Source of the DNA: Candidatus Omnitrophus sp.
GTDB lineage: Bacteria; Omnitrophota; Gorgyraeia; Zapsychrales; Fredricksoniimonadaceae
Direction of reading: 5' to 3'
NCBI GenBank assembly: GCA_020719005.1
Contig: DYQZ01000004.1
Location: 1-46,125, forward strand
DNA: 46,125 nt
Made by a program: the position numbers and the translations under genes. Below are positions 9,027 through 19,385 of the stretch, one piece after another. The notes beneath the pieces were generated by a model. That model was given only the letters and a program-made list of their open reading frames with translations, ran no database searches and was not told where the DNA came from. The stretch's first letter is position 1, and each line of letters begins with the position of its first letter.

Positions 9027-10178
9027 ATGATAAAGCGAGGCGATTACAAAGAGTTTGTAGATAAGGCGTTGGGCCGTAGCCGGGCTGTGGCTTTGTTGGG
9101 CCCTCGGCAGTGCGGCAAGACGACCTTGGCGCGCGAGTTCGTTGACATTTACTCTCCAAATTATTTCGATCTCGAAGATGATCCTAGCATTATTGCTTTG
9201 GCTGACCCTAAGACTGCACTTGCCTCTTTGAAGGGGCTGATTGTCATTGATGAGGTTCAGCGACGTCCAGAGATCTTTCCTATACTCCGGGTATTGTTGG
9301 ACCGCACACCGTTACCTGCAAAATTCCTAATTCTTGGAAGTGCTTCACCTGATCTGTTAAGACAATCTTCTGAATCTCTTGCCGGACGTTTGGAATTGAT
9401 CGAAATGGATGGCTTTAATTTATCTGAGGTGGGAGTGAAAAAAGCGTCGCTTCTTTGGACGCGGGGCGGATTCCCTTTGTCGTTCCTTGCCAAGAATGAT
9501 GCGGATAGTTTTGCCTGGCGGAATAGCTTTATAAAGACATTCCTCGAGCGTGATCTTCGTGCACAGGGGATCGATGTGCCGACGGTCGCATTGCATCGTT
9601 TCTGGACCATGTTGGCACATAGTCATGGGCAGATATGGAATGCTGCGCCGTTTGCGACATCATTGGGTCTAAGTCAGCCGACTGTGCGGAAGTATCTGGA
9701 TATCCTGACCGGTTTGTTCATGGTTCGTCAGATCCAACCGTGGTATGCGAATATTAAAAAACGCCAAGTGAAGGCACCAAAGATCTATATTCGAGATACG
9801 GGTATTCTTAATTCATTGCTGGGAATAAAGACCGACGCGGATGTCCCGCGGCACCCTAGCTGTGGTGCGTCATGGGAAGGGTTTGTGATCGAGGAGATCA
9901 TTCATACCGTTGAGCCGGATGACGTTTATTATTGGGCGACCCATCAGGGTGCGGAGATCGATCTGATCCTGTTCAAGGGAGGGAAAATGTATGGCGTTGA
10001 GATCAAGCGCCAGGACGCCCCGACCATGACGCCGTCCATGCGCATCGCATTGGAAGATCTGAAGCTAGAACACATTGCGGTGATCTATCCGGGCACGAAA
10101 CGTTATGAACTTCATAAGAAAGTCTCCGTCGTGCCGTTTCAGCAGATCATAACTGGAATGCAGGGGCTGTTCAGATAA
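9027..10178 (+). CDS. AAA+ ATPase with DUF4143 domain (COG1373-like)
   Basis: Walker A GPRQCGKT, Walker B IVIDEVQ, ILGSAS, SESLAGR, RGGFP, PKIYIRDTG, and a C-terminal EIDL...VEIK nuclease-like motif. Confidence 0.92.
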   Translation: MIKRGDYKEFVDKALGRSRAVALLGPRQCGKTTLAREFVDIYSPNYFDLEDDPSIIALADPKTALASLKGLIVIDEVQRRPEIFPILRVLLDRTPLPAKFLILGSASPDLLRQSSESLAGRLELIEMDGFNLSEVGVKKASLLWTRGGFPLSFLAKNDADSFAWRNSFIKTFLERDLRAQGIDVPTVALHRFWTMLAHSHGQIWNAAPFATSLGLSQPTVRKYLDILTGLFMVRQIQPWYANIKKRQVKAPKIYIRDTGILNSLLGIKTDADVPRHPSCGASWEGFVIEEIIHTVEPDDVYYWATHQGAEIDLILFKGGKMYGVEIKRQDAPTMTPSMRIALEDLKLEHIAVIYPGTKRYELHKKVSVVPFQQIITGMQGLFR

Positions 10179-10212
10179 TATAAAAAGTTACGGATCGAAG
10201 AGAAGAAGGGAA

Positions 10213-11238
10213 ATGTGTATGAAAGATAATAACAAGAAAACCCTGATCACCGTCCTGGATTATGATGCCAATACGTTCGTTGAGAAAACGGTCACGGACG
10301 TTAAGGATTGCCTGCCGTATAAGGATCAGCCGACGGTCACATGGATCAATGTCGACGGACTTGATTGTCCCGAGGTGATGGCCAAGCTCAATGAGGTTTA
10401 TTGTGTGCATCATTTGCTTATTGAGGATATCCTCGATATTGACCAGCGCCCCAAGATGGTCGAGCAGGACGGTCATGTGTTTCTTGCGGCCAAGATGTTG
10501 TTTTATGCTGCTGATGGCCAGACGCTGCTAGAGGAGCAGGTGAGTTTTATTCTTGGGAATAATTTTTTGATCACCTTCCAGCAAGGGGTCGAGGGGGATG
10601 TGTTCGAGCCGGTGCGTCAGCGTTTGCGCGTCGGACGTTCTCGTCTGCGTTCACACGGTGCAGATCACCTTTTATATGAGCTTTTGGATGCGATCACGGA
10701 CAAGTATTTTACTGTCGTTGACAAGGTGGGCGAACGTCTGGAAAAGCTTGATGATGTGCTGTTGAAGCACCCGGATCCGTCGGTGCTTAAAAAGATAGGA
10801 AAGATCAAAAAAGACCTCCTGGTCTTACGGAGGTCGGTGTGGCCGCTCAGGGACGCTATTCACTCGCTGGCACATAGTGATACAGATCTTGTGCACGATG
10901 AGACGCGGGCTTATTTTCACAGCATCCATGATCATGTGATACAGGTGGCTGATACCGTCGAGATATTGAGGGATACGACATCAGGCATGCTGGATATTTA
11001 TCTTTCGAGTGTGAGCTATCGCCTTAATGAAGTGATGAAGGTGCTTACGATCATTGCGACCGTCTTTATGCCGCTTACGTTTATCGCCGGCCTTTACGGG
11101 ATGAATTTCAATACATCGGCCTCGCCTTATAATATGCCCGAGCTGACATGGCCGTTCGGTTATGTCATGGTCCTGGGTGTCATGCTGTGTATCGTGATCG
11201 GCATGCTTCTTTTTTTCAAGAACAAGAAATGGATCTAG
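10213..11238 (+). CDS. corA: Mg2+/Co2+ transporter CorA
   Basis: WINVDG, IEDIL..QRPK, LNEVMKVLT, YGMNF signature, MPELTW and two C-terminal TM helices. Confidence 0.96.
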   Translation: MCMKDNNKKTLITVLDYDANTFVEKTVTDVKDCLPYKDQPTVTWINVDGLDCPEVMAKLNEVYCVHHLLIEDILDIDQRPKMVEQDGHVFLAAKMLFYAADGQTLLEEQVSFILGNNFLITFQQGVEGDVFEPVRQRLRVGRSRLRSHGADHLLYELLDAITDKYFTVVDKVGERLEKLDDVLLKHPDPSVLKKIGKIKKDLLVLRRSVWPLRDAIHSLAHSDTDLVHDETRAYFHSIHDHVIQVADTVEILRDTTSGMLDIYLSSVSYRLNEVMKVLTIIATVFMPLTFIAGLYGMNFNTSASPYNMPELTWPFGYVMVLGVMLCIVIGMLLFFKNKKWI

Positions 11239-11418
11239 AGATGATCTTTTGTCGAACATTCTGTAAATTTTAAAAGTAATTGATTGGTCTTCTTTTAGGT
11301 CGCGGTATTCTCCGCGAGAAAACAGAAAATATGAGAAATAGTGCTTAAAAAAGGTAATAACCAACGTATAGTTATAAATATTAATCAATAAATTTTTATC
11401 GAATAGAAAGAGGCGCAT

Positions 11419-13287
11419 ATGTTTTTTAATAACATGAAGATGAAGATCAAATTATTATCTGTTCTTTTGGCATTTATTGTTGTCCCGTTACTGTCACTTG
11501 GGATATTCGCGTATAGCCTTTCGAAAGATGCTTTGTTCGTCGAGATCGAAGGATCCTTGCAGACGCAGGTGAAGGGGTATGGGGGTGAGATCTCTAATAT
11601 TATTTCTTCGGTCGATAACAATCTGGTCACGGCGTTATCGGTGCTTGAAGCCAAGGCTTTTCCTTGTTTTTCGGCGGGAGAGCGCCATATTGAGATGGAA
11701 GAAGGATCTTTGGTATGTGTTTCTGCTGATGGAACAAAGCGTGCTTTTAATATGGAGAATCATGACTTTATTGATTATGTGACCAATGCTATTGGGAATG
11801 GTTATGTGGCAACGATCTTTAAAGTGTCAAATGGCGAGGCAGTACGTGTGACGACGTCTGTTAAGAATGCCGAAGGGAAGCGTGCGGTCGGGACGAAGTT
11901 GGATCCAACGGTGTTTTCAAATGTCATGAATGCGAATGGCGATTATATTGGCCGCGCTAAAATATTGGGTTCAGATCATTTTGTGGTATATCGTCCGATG
12001 AAAGGGGCGAACGGACAGGTGAACGCGATCCTTTTTGCCGGGGTCAAGGTGGATCAGATTTTTGTTAATTTCCGTAAAAGTCTTAAAGAAGTCAAGGTTG
12101 GCTCGACCGGTTATATGTATGTTATAAATTCTATTGGAGATGTGTTGATCCATCCTTCTTTGGAAGGCAAGAATTTGTCAAAATATGATTTTGCGCAAAA
12201 GATCATGAAGAATAAAGAGGGGGTCCAGATCTATTCCTGGGAAGGTCGTGAGAAGATCTCCGCATATACGTATAATAAAGAATTGGACTGGATCCTTGTT
12301 TCAGGAAGTTATTTATCTGACTTTCTTGGTCCTGTTGTCAAGATCCGCCTGATGATCATCGGATGCCTGGTAGTGTTCGTTATTTTAGGGATCATGTTAG
12401 CTTTGCCCATTGCTTCGTCGATCACATCCCCGTTGAACAAGGGAATGTCTGTGCTTAAGAAAATGGAAGACAAAGACCTGACCGAGCGTCTTAAGATGGA
12501 CCGTAAGGATGAGATCGGTGTGATGACGCGGGCGATGGATAGTTTTTCGGATAAGTTGTCGTCTGCGTTCGGGCATATCAGAGGGTCTGTTGAACAGATC
12601 CTTTCTGCGTCAAGTGAAGTGGCATCAGGTTCCCAGCAGATCGCGGACGGTGCTCAACAGCAGTCGGCGTCTTTCGAGGAATTGTCGAGTTCTGTACAGG
12701 CTAATGCTGAAAATGTGCGTAATGCTAACAGTGTCGCTCAGGATGTCGCCAGGCAGGCATTGGCGGCGGGGCAGTCGATGGATAATACGGTTGAGGCGAT
12801 CAGCGGTATTGAAAAGGGGTCTAAGCAGATGGCGGATGCTGTTGAGCTTATTACTGATATCGCGGATCAAACGAATTTGTTGGCATTGAACGCGGCTATC
12901 GAAGCGGCGCGTGCCGGTGAGCACGGCAAAGGATTTGCTGTCGTCGCTGATGAGGTGAGGCTTCTCGCCGAGCGTAGTGCTACTTCTGCCAAGGAGATCC
13001 AGAACCTTATTAAAGACAATTTAAAGCAGGTCGAGAACGGCGTTCATATTTCAAAAGAGGCCGGGCAGCAGACCAAGATGATCATTGATAGTATTAAAAA
13101 GATCTCGGATCAGCTTCAGCAGGTCGCGAATGCCACTCAGGAACAGGCCGCGGCGATGGAAGAGAATACATCAATCACAGAATCTAATGCGTCAGCTGCT
13201 GAAGAATTGGCCGCGTCTGCCGAGGAGATGACATCTCAGGCCGAGTCGTTACGGGATATTGTGGCGCAGTTTAAGATCAAAGCATAA
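11419..13287 (+). CDS. Methyl-accepting chemotaxis protein with periplasmic Cache domains and HAMP
   Basis: Two TM helices; Cache motifs ([23 protein letters not shown]); HAMP (RKDEIG); [34 protein letters not shown]. Confidence 0.96.
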   Translation: MFFNNMKMKIKLLSVLLAFIVVPLLSLGIFAYSLSKDALFVEIEGSLQTQVKGYGGEISNIISSVDNNLVTALSVLEAKAFPCFSAGERHIEMEEGSLVCVSADGTKRAFNMENHDFIDYVTNAIGNGYVATIFKVSNGEAVRVTTSVKNAEGKRAVGTKLDPTVFSNVMNANGDYIGRAKILGSDHFVVYRPMKGANGQVNAILFAGVKVDQIFVNFRKSLKEVKVGSTGYMYVINSIGDVLIHPSLEGKNLSKYDFAQKIMKNKEGVQIYSWEGREKISAYTYNKELDWILVSGSYLSDFLGPVVKIRLMIIGCLVVFVILGIMLALPIASSITSPLNKGMSVLKKMEDKDLTERLKMDRKDEIGVMTRAMDSFSDKLSSAFGHIRGSVEQILSASSEVASGSQQIADGAQQQSASFEELSSSVQANAENVRNANSVAQDVARQALAAGQSMDNTVEAISGIEKGSKQMADAVELITDIADQTNLLALNAAIEAARAGEHGKGFAVVADEVRLLAERSATSAKEIQNLIKDNLKQVENGVHISKEAGQQTKMIIDSIKKISDQLQQVANATQEQAAAMEENTSITESNASAAEELAASAEEMTSQAESLRDIVAQFKIKA

Positions 13288-13306
13288 GAAACTTGTTTCT
13301 GGGTAG

Positions 13307-14470
13307 TCCATTGATGCGCTGTCTCTTCTTATTAGCAAGAAGCACGGGCGCCTGTACCTTTTTTATGGCAAGGCAGAAGAGGTGGTCACAGAACTGGTCG
13401 CGCTTAACACGTTTGATGCCGTTTTTATCAATAAAGACTACACGCCTTTTAGCCGCCGCCGGGATGATGCGATCCGTAAGACCCTTCAGAAGCGCGGGGT
13501 AGTCTTCAACGAGTATGATGATGCGCTTCTTTGTCCGCCAGGATCGGTCTTGAAGAAAGAAGGCGGGCCATATACGGTGTTCACGCCTTTTTATAAGAAA
13601 GCACTTCAACTCGGCGTGCCTTTGCCACAGAGCACGGTGTGTGGACATTTTATGACCGCGGATATCAAAAGTTCATTCTTGCTCAAACCCGGGCAGTTAA
13701 AGGAATATAGCAGTAAGAACAGTGTTATTAACGGCGGGCGCGGCGCAGGGGAGTCCATCCTTAAGGTTTTGGCACCTTATAAGGATTATGCCTCGGCGCG
13801 AGATATTCCGGCGCTGGATGCGACCACCAAATTGTCGGCGCATCATAAGTTCGGCACAGTGTCGGTGCGTGAGAGCTTTTGGGCTGTTCATAAGGCGCTC
13901 GGCGGGGATCATCCGCTCCTTCGTCAGCTTTACTGGAGGGATTTCTTTTCGCATATCGCGTATTATTTCCCGCATGTGTTCGGGCATTCATTTTACGACG
14001 AGTATGATCATATCCCATGGACGAATGATGAGCGTTCCTTTAAGGCATGGTGTGAAGGCAGAACAGGTTTTCCCATTGTTGATGCGGGCATGCGGGAGCT
14101 GAATGCGACGGGGTTCATGCATAATCGCGTGAGGATGATCACGGCGTCATTTCTGGTCAAGGACCTCCATATCGACTGGAGATTGGGCGAGAAATATTTC
14201 GCACAGCATCTGGTTGATCATGACCCTGCTGTCAATAACGGCAACTGGCAGTGGGTTGCCTCGACGGGGTGTGACCATCAGCCGTATTTCCGTATCTTTA
14301 ATCCGACGCTCCAACAGAAGCGTTTCGATCCCGACGGAGAATATATCCGCCGTTGGGTGCCTGAGATCAAAACGTCACAGTATCCACCTCCCTTGATTGA
14401 TCACACCGACGCGTGCGCATGGACAAAACGCACTTTCAAAGACGCTTCTCGACGTAAGGAAAGAAGTTGA
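13307..14470 (+). pseudogene. phrB: Class I CPD photolyase, 5'-truncated
   Basis: PYTVFTPF, LRQLYWRDF, WCEGRTGFPIVDAGMREL..TGFMHNRVRM, NNGNWQW, RIFNP. Photolyase-like sequence extends back to 13307 (SIDALS...GRLYLFYG), preceded by an in-frame TAG; the N-terminal RRDLR..DN motif is missing. Confidence 0.82.
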
Positions 14471-14596
14471 CGTTGTCGCTGGCCCTGGAGTAAGATGCTG
14501 ACCGTTCTTGCAGGAAGGCTTCAGAAAGCTTTTTTCTCTTCGAGGAGCACATCTCTTCCGACGGTAAAAATAATGAAAAAAAGTCTTAAAAACGTA

Positions 14597-14624
14597 TTGA
14601 CAAACCATTTCGCAGGGCTACTAT
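14597..14624 (+). promoter_or_regulatory. Sigma70-like promoter of the radical SAM-nrdDG unit
   Basis: TTGACA (14597-14602), 16 bp, TACTAT (14619-14624). Confidence 0.65.
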
Positions 14625-14665
14625 ATGTAGTGGGGCCTGGGTCAAGGGGCAACAATATATAGTTC
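14618..14665. promoter_or_regulatory. Tandem NrdR boxes
   Basis: ctaCTATATGTAGtgg (14618-14633) and caaCAATATATAGttc (14650-14665) fit acaCwAtATaTwGtgt. Starts are 32 bp apart, and box 1 overlaps the -10 element. Confidence 0.85.
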
Positions 14666-14718
14666 TTTCAAGGCATCTTTAACAAGCTCATTTTTTAATA
14701 TTTCTTGATATTTTTAGC

Positions 14719-15522
14719 ATGGTCGAATTAATGTCTCTTCCACAATTGAAGCTTATCTATGGACCGGTTTATTCGTGGCGCATCGGGATGTCGCTGGGGA
14801 TAGATCCTCTGAATACCACTCACAAGTACTGTAATTTTGGATGCGCTTATTGTCAATTGTGGCAAGCTGTTGCCGTGCAATCAGATAGGGCTGTGTTTGT
14901 GTCTGAAGAAGAGGTCCTGGATGAAGTCAGGTCACTTCCTTTGAACGTTAAGCTCGATCATTTTACCTTCTCTGGTAATGGTGAACCGACATTGGCGGCC
15001 AACCTTGGGAAGATGATCAGTTCGCTTAAAGAGGCTTTTCCAGCTGTTAAGGTTGCTGTTATCACGAATTCCACGACCATTGGTCGTTCGGATGTGCAAC
15101 AAGACCTCTTGAAGGCGGATCTTGTTCTTTTTAAGATAGAAGCGGCAACGCAAGAAACCTTTGAAAAGATCAATCGTCCGGCTAAGGGTATCCTTCTTAA
15201 GGATATTGTGGCAGGTATCAAGGCTTTTAAGGCTCTTTATAAAGGGAAGTTGGCGCTTCAGGTCATGCTGACGGATATTAATAAGGCCGAAGTGCAGGAT
15301 ATAGCACGCATCGCGCGTGATATAGCGCCTGATGAGGTCCAGCTCAATACACCGCTTCGTCCTAGTCCTGTTAAGCCGTTGGGTGAGGCTGAGATGGCGC
15401 GGTTAAAGGGATATTTTACAACAGAAGGTTTGAATGTCCTTTCTGTGTATGAACAAGAGAAGAAAGAATATACGCCTTTTGATGCTTCTGCGACGAAAAA
15501 ACGTCATGGGCAGTATAATTAA
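14719..15522 (+). CDS. Radical SAM protein (COG0731-like), function unknown
   Basis: IYGPVYSWRIGMSLGID, CNFGCAYC (CxxxCxxC), FSGNGEPTL, VITNS and LNTPLRP. Confidence 0.88.
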   Translation: MVELMSLPQLKLIYGPVYSWRIGMSLGIDPLNTTHKYCNFGCAYCQLWQAVAVQSDRAVFVSEEEVLDEVRSLPLNVKLDHFTFSGNGEPTLAANLGKMISSLKEAFPAVKVAVITNSTTIGRSDVQQDLLKADLVLFKIEAATQETFEKINRPAKGILLKDIVAGIKAFKALYKGKLALQVMLTDINKAEVQDIARIARDIAPDEVQLNTPLRPSPVKPLGEAEMARLKGYFTTEGLNVLSVYEQEKKEYTPFDASATKKRHGQYN

Positions 15523-15593
15523 GAGGCTGACATATAAGGTTTAAGGGATTTGGGCATATATATCAGGGTAAACATCAGAGAGGGGAGAACATC

Positions 15594-17723
15594 ATGTACG
15601 CAACAGAGATTTTTGGCAAGATCCTGAAAAGGAACGGGGAAGAGGTTTCTTTTGAACCCGAGAAGATCGCAAAAGCGATCCTGAAAGCGGGACAGGCAAC
15701 GGGTGAGTATGATCAGGAGATGTCCGATAAATTGACCCTCCGTGTGCTTAATCTGGCGCTGCAGTATTATTCAAAACAGCTCCCGACTGTTGAAGGTATT
15801 CAGGATATGGTCGAGGAAGTTCTCTTGACATCTCCCTATAAAAAGACGGCCAAGGCGTATATTATCTATCGCGATCAGCATTCACGCAACCGTGAGATCG
15901 CCTCGATGTTCAATGTTGATCTCGTCGAGAAATATCTTTCCCGCCGCGACTGGAAGGTCAATGAGAATTCCAACATGGCCTATTCGCTTCAGGGGCTTAA
16001 TCATTATATTTCCTCCGAGATCTCCCAGGCCTATTGGCTGAACAAGGTTTACCCTATGGAAGTGCGTGATGCACATACCAACGGGGATCAGCATATCCAT
16101 GACCTGGGGTCGATCAGCGTTTACTGCGTTGGTTGGGACCTGTATGATCTTCTTTTGCAGGGTTTTCAAGGCGCATCAGGTAAGGCTGAGTCACGTCCGG
16201 CTAAGCATTTCCGTTCAGCATTAGGTCAAGTTGTTAATTTCTTTTATACCCTTCAGGGGGAGGCCGCAGGCGCTCAGGCGTTCTCGAACTTCGACACACT
16301 CCTTGCCCCGTTCATCCGTTATGATGGTTTGAGCTATAAGGAAGTGCGTCAGGCATTGCAGGAATTCTTATTCAATGTGAATGTGCCGACCCGTGTCGGT
16401 TTTCAGACGCCCTTTACCAATGTGACCATGGACGTCCGTGTTCCGACGTATTACAAAGACAAGGGTGTTATTGTCGGTGGTGAGGTCAAGGAAGATGTTT
16501 ACGGCGATTTTCAGAGGGAAATGGACATGTTCAACAAGGCGTTCCTTGAGGTTATGCTCGAGGGCGATGCCAAGGGCCGTGTCTTCACATTCCCGATCCC
16601 GACCTATAATATCACCAAGGATTTTGACTGGGAGAACCCGGAGCTCAAGCCTTTATGGGATATGGCGGGCAAATATGGTATTCCGTATTTCACCAACTAT
16701 ATCAATTCTGACATGAGCCCAGATGATGCGCGCAGTATGTGTTGTCGTCTGCGTATCGATAACCGTCAGTTGAATTCCCGCGGCGGTGGACTCTTCGGTG
16801 CGGCACCGCTTACCGGTTCCATCGGGGTTGTCACGATCAATATGCCTCGTCTGGGGTATTCCTGCAAGAATGAAGAAACGTTCTATGCGTCACTTGAACA
16901 TCAGATGATCCTGGCCAAGGAAAGCCTTGAGATCAAGCGCAAGGTTTTGGAAACGTTCATGGATGACAGTCTTTATCCTTATATGAAGTTCTATCTGCGC
17001 AACATGCATTCCCGTTTCGGCCAGTATTGGAAGAACCATTTCTCGACCATCGGTCTTGTGGGGATGAACGAATGCTGTTTGAATTTCCTGGGTGAGAATA
17101 TTGCGACGCCTAAGGGTAAAAAGTTCGCGGAAGATACGCTGGATTTCATGCGTAAAGTGCTCCTTAAGTTCCAGGAAGAGACAGGGAATAACTATAATCT
17201 TGAAGCCACACCTGCCGAAGGCGTTTCTTATCGCCTCGCGCGCATGGATAAGGACCTGTATCCTGAACTCAAGCGTGACTGCCCGGCTGAAGCTGCCGGC
17301 GGTGAGCCGTTCTACTCGAATTCAACGCATCTTCCGGTGCATCAAACAGAAGATATCTTTGAGCTCTTTGATCATCAGGACAGTCTTCAGGCGCGTTATA
17401 CCGGTGGGACAGTTATCCATGTGTTCGTGGGCGAGCGCATTGACAACACCGAATCGGTCAAGAACTTTGTACGCACGGTCTGCGAGAAATACAGCCTTCC
17501 GTATTTCACGCTGTCGCCGACGTTCAGCGTTTGCCCGACCTGTGGCTATATCCGCGGGGAGCATCAGGCGTGTCCGAAGTGTGCAAGCGAGTGTGAAGTT
17601 TATTCCCGTATCGTGGGATACCTTAGACCTGTTAAACAGTGGAACAAGGGCAAAAAAGCCGAGTTCCTCCAGAGAAAGACATTCAGTGTATGCGCCTCGG
17701 GGGGTTGCTCAAGTTCTCTTTAA
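15594..17723 (+). CDS. nrdD: Class III (anaerobic) ribonucleotide reductase with ATP cone
   Basis: N-terminal ATP cone (KRNG..V.F..EKI), HIHDL, VYC, SMCCRL, EATPAEG, CPTC/CPKC Zn site and SRIVGYLRPV glycyl-radical motif. Confidence 0.97.
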   Translation: MYATEIFGKILKRNGEEVSFEPEKIAKAILKAGQATGEYDQEMSDKLTLRVLNLALQYYSKQLPTVEGIQDMVEEVLLTSPYKKTAKAYIIYRDQHSRNREIASMFNVDLVEKYLSRRDWKVNENSNMAYSLQGLNHYISSEISQAYWLNKVYPMEVRDAHTNGDQHIHDLGSISVYCVGWDLYDLLLQGFQGASGKAESRPAKHFRSALGQVVNFFYTLQGEAAGAQAFSNFDTLLAPFIRYDGLSYKEVRQALQEFLFNVNVPTRVGFQTPFTNVTMDVRVPTYYKDKGVIVGGEVKEDVYGDFQREMDMFNKAFLEVMLEGDAKGRVFTFPIPTYNITKDFDWENPELKPLWDMAGKYGIPYFTNYINSDMSPDDARSMCCRLRIDNRQLNSRGGGLFGAAPLTGSIGVVTINMPRLGYSCKNEETFYASLEHQMILAKESLEIKRKVLETFMDDSLYPYMKFYLRNMHSRFGQYWKNHFSTIGLVGMNECCLNFLGENIATPKGKKFAEDTLDFMRKVLLKFQEETGNNYNLEATPAEGVSYRLARMDKDLYPELKRDCPAEAAGGEPFYSNSTHLPVHQTEDIFELFDHQDSLQARYTGGTVIHVFVGERIDNTESVKNFVRTVCEKYSLPYFTLSPTFSVCPTCGYIRGEHQACPKCASECEVYSRIVGYLRPVKQWNKGKKAEFLQRKTFSVCASGGCSSSL

Positions 17724-18391
17724 TTGATTACCCGGGCAAGGTTGCAGCCGTGGTCTTCACCCAGGGCTGCAACTACCGGTGTCCTTTCTGTCATAACCCG
17801 GAATTGGTATTGCCGGACCTCTTCAGCGAGCCTTTGCTTGTTGAGGAGATCCTTTCTTTTTTAGAAAAAAGACGTGGTCAATTGCAAGGGCTTGCGATCA
17901 CGGGAGGTGAACCGACCCTGCACCACGATCTTCCTGATTTTATTCGTGCCGTTAAGGCCAAGGGTTTTCTGGTCAAGCTTGATACGAATGGTTCGAACCC
18001 TAAGATGCTGCGTCTTCTTATTGAAGAGAAGCTTGTAGATCATATCGCCATGGATATCAAATCATCCTTGGCATCGTATGACCATGCGACAGGCGTTAAG
18101 ACAGATATAGAAGCTCTCAAGGCGTCCATTGAGCTTATTAAAACATCCGGTATTGAACACGAATTTAGGACAACGGCTTTGAAAAGCATAGTTTCAGATG
18201 CGGATATGGTGGCGATCTCATCCCTCATTGGTCCGGGAGAGGTGTATAATCTCCGACGGGGGAATTTAAACGGCAAGATCCTGGATTATGCGGCGTTCGC
18301 GGATAAAGCTGATTATACCGATGAAGAATGGACGCGCATGAAGAAAATATATCCTGATGCGCCGATAACGGGGATGGATATTGATATGTAA
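17690..18391 (+). CDS. nrdG: Anaerobic RNR activating enzyme
   Basis: MRLGGLLKFSLIDYPG, GCNYRCPFCHN, ITGGEPT, KLDTNGS; ATG at 17690 overlaps the nrdD 3' end by 34 nt. Confidence 0.93.
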   Translation: MRLGGLLKFSLIDYPGKVAAVVFTQGCNYRCPFCHNPELVLPDLFSEPLLVEEILSFLEKRRGQLQGLAITGGEPTLHHDLPDFIRAVKAKGFLVKLDTNGSNPKMLRLLIEEKLVDHIAMDIKSSLASYDHATGVKTDIEALKASIELIKTSGIEHEFRTTALKSIVSDADMVAISSLIGPGEVYNLRRGNLNGKILDYAAFADKADYTDEEWTRMKKIYPDAPITGMDIDM

Positions 18392-18439
18392 GGATAAGAA
18401 GGTGGCAAAAGAAAAATAATTTGCTCATTAACTTATCTA

Positions 18440-18467
18440 TTGACAAGAGGATAGCGAAGATTAAAAT
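18440..18467 (+). promoter_or_regulatory. Sigma70-like promoter
   Basis: TTGACA (18440-18445), 16 bp, TAAAAT (18462-18467). Confidence 0.6.
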
Positions 18468-18582
18468 ATCTTAATTATCGTTCCATTTTTTAATAATGAA
18501 GGGCTTAAGGCTCTTTTGATGGCAAATATGATCTTTTAGGAACAAGGTTTGAAAAAATAAACAGGATGAAAGGGAGAATCAA

Positions 18583-19047
18583 ATGAAGACAATGATCTTG
18601 GCTGTTTTGTTGTTGGTTGGGATTTCTTTGGTGGGCGTTCGTTTGTCAGTTGCCCAGGAAGCTGATACGGACAAATTTTCTTTCGGTAAGGTTGTTAGCG
18701 TTGCGGCTGATCAGGTCACGGTGAAGGAATATGATTTCGCTAAGGATGCGGATGTTGAAGTTGTTTATGCGACCACTGCTGAAACAGAGCTTGGCAATAT
18801 CAATGCCGTGGCAGACCTTAAGGCTGAAGATGATGTGGTCATTGATTATGTTGAAAAAGAAGGTAAACGCGTTATCACAACGCTCGTGAAAGAAGAAAAA
18901 GGCGCTGAGGTCCCGGCAGCTGCGACGGACGAGGGCATGGCCCCGGTCGTAGAAGCACAGGCGCCTGTTGCACCTGCGGCGGATGCCGTTACTCCTGAAG
19001 AAGTCAAGGTTGAAACACCGGCAGAAACCGCACCGGTACAGCAATAA
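18583..19047 (+). CDS. Secreted hypothetical protein: small beta domain plus acidic Ala/Pro/Glu-rich tail
   Basis: RBS AGGGAG; signal peptide ending SVA-QE; FGKVVSV...DLKAEDDVVIDY pattern (OB-fold/DUF5666-like, inference). Confidence 0.75.
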   Translation: MKTMILAVLLLVGISLVGVRLSVAQEADTDKFSFGKVVSVAADQVTVKEYDFAKDADVEVVYATTAETELGNINAVADLKAEDDVVIDYVEKEGKRVITTLVKEEKGAEVPAAATDEGMAPVVEAQAPVAPAADAVTPEEVKVETPAETAPVQQ

Positions 19048-19118
19048 TAAAGCGGTTAGGCAGAGCCCCGTTCGTCGGGAAAATGATCAAACAGTAGCTG
19101 GAAGAAAGAGAAGCAAAA

Positions 19119-19361
19119 ATGACAAAAGGTAAAGTGAAGTGGTTCGATCGCAAAAAGGGTTATGGTTTCGTGACAATGGAAGAAGGTAAGGACGTTTATG
19201 TCCATTACAGTGGTATCAATGGCGATGGTTACAAGTATCTCGTTGATGGTGAGGATGTGGAATTTGAAGTTCAGGAAGATTCCCGTGGTCCTAAGGCTGT
19301 CAATGTGACGCGTCTGAATCCGCCGGCAGAAAAGCCGCGTTCCAGCCGTTACGGCGAGTAA
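19119..19361 (+). CDS. Cold-shock protein (CspA family)
   Basis: GKVKWFD.KKGYGFV, DVYVHYSGI and GPKAVNV. Confidence 0.96.
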   Translation: MTKGKVKWFDRKKGYGFVTMEEGKDVYVHYSGINGDGYKYLVDGEDVEFEVQEDSRGPKAVNVTRLNPPAEKPRSSRYGE

Positions 19362-19385
19362 TTTTCGCGTGAGCGAAGTTTCTAA

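Noticed and set aside
14471-14575. Small hairpins after the photolyase as a riboswitch
   Set aside because: Only short, weak stems and no recognisable aptamer; at most a weak terminator.
15527-15566. Imperfect inverted repeat CTGACATATA / TATATATCAG before nrdD
   Set aside because: AT-rich, 20-nt spacer, not an NrdR consensus; could be chance.
17639-17689. Longer nrdG start given by the ORF track
   Set aside because: Family similarity begins at MRLGG (17690). Extended starts at 36561, 38565, 41583 and 45219 were trimmed for similar reasons.
8993-18467. Lineage-specific 16-bp promoter spacer (three TTGACA promoters at 8993, 14597 and 18440)
   Set aside because: Two other candidates (6057, 20913) have 17-bp spacers, and the sample is too small and unvalidated.
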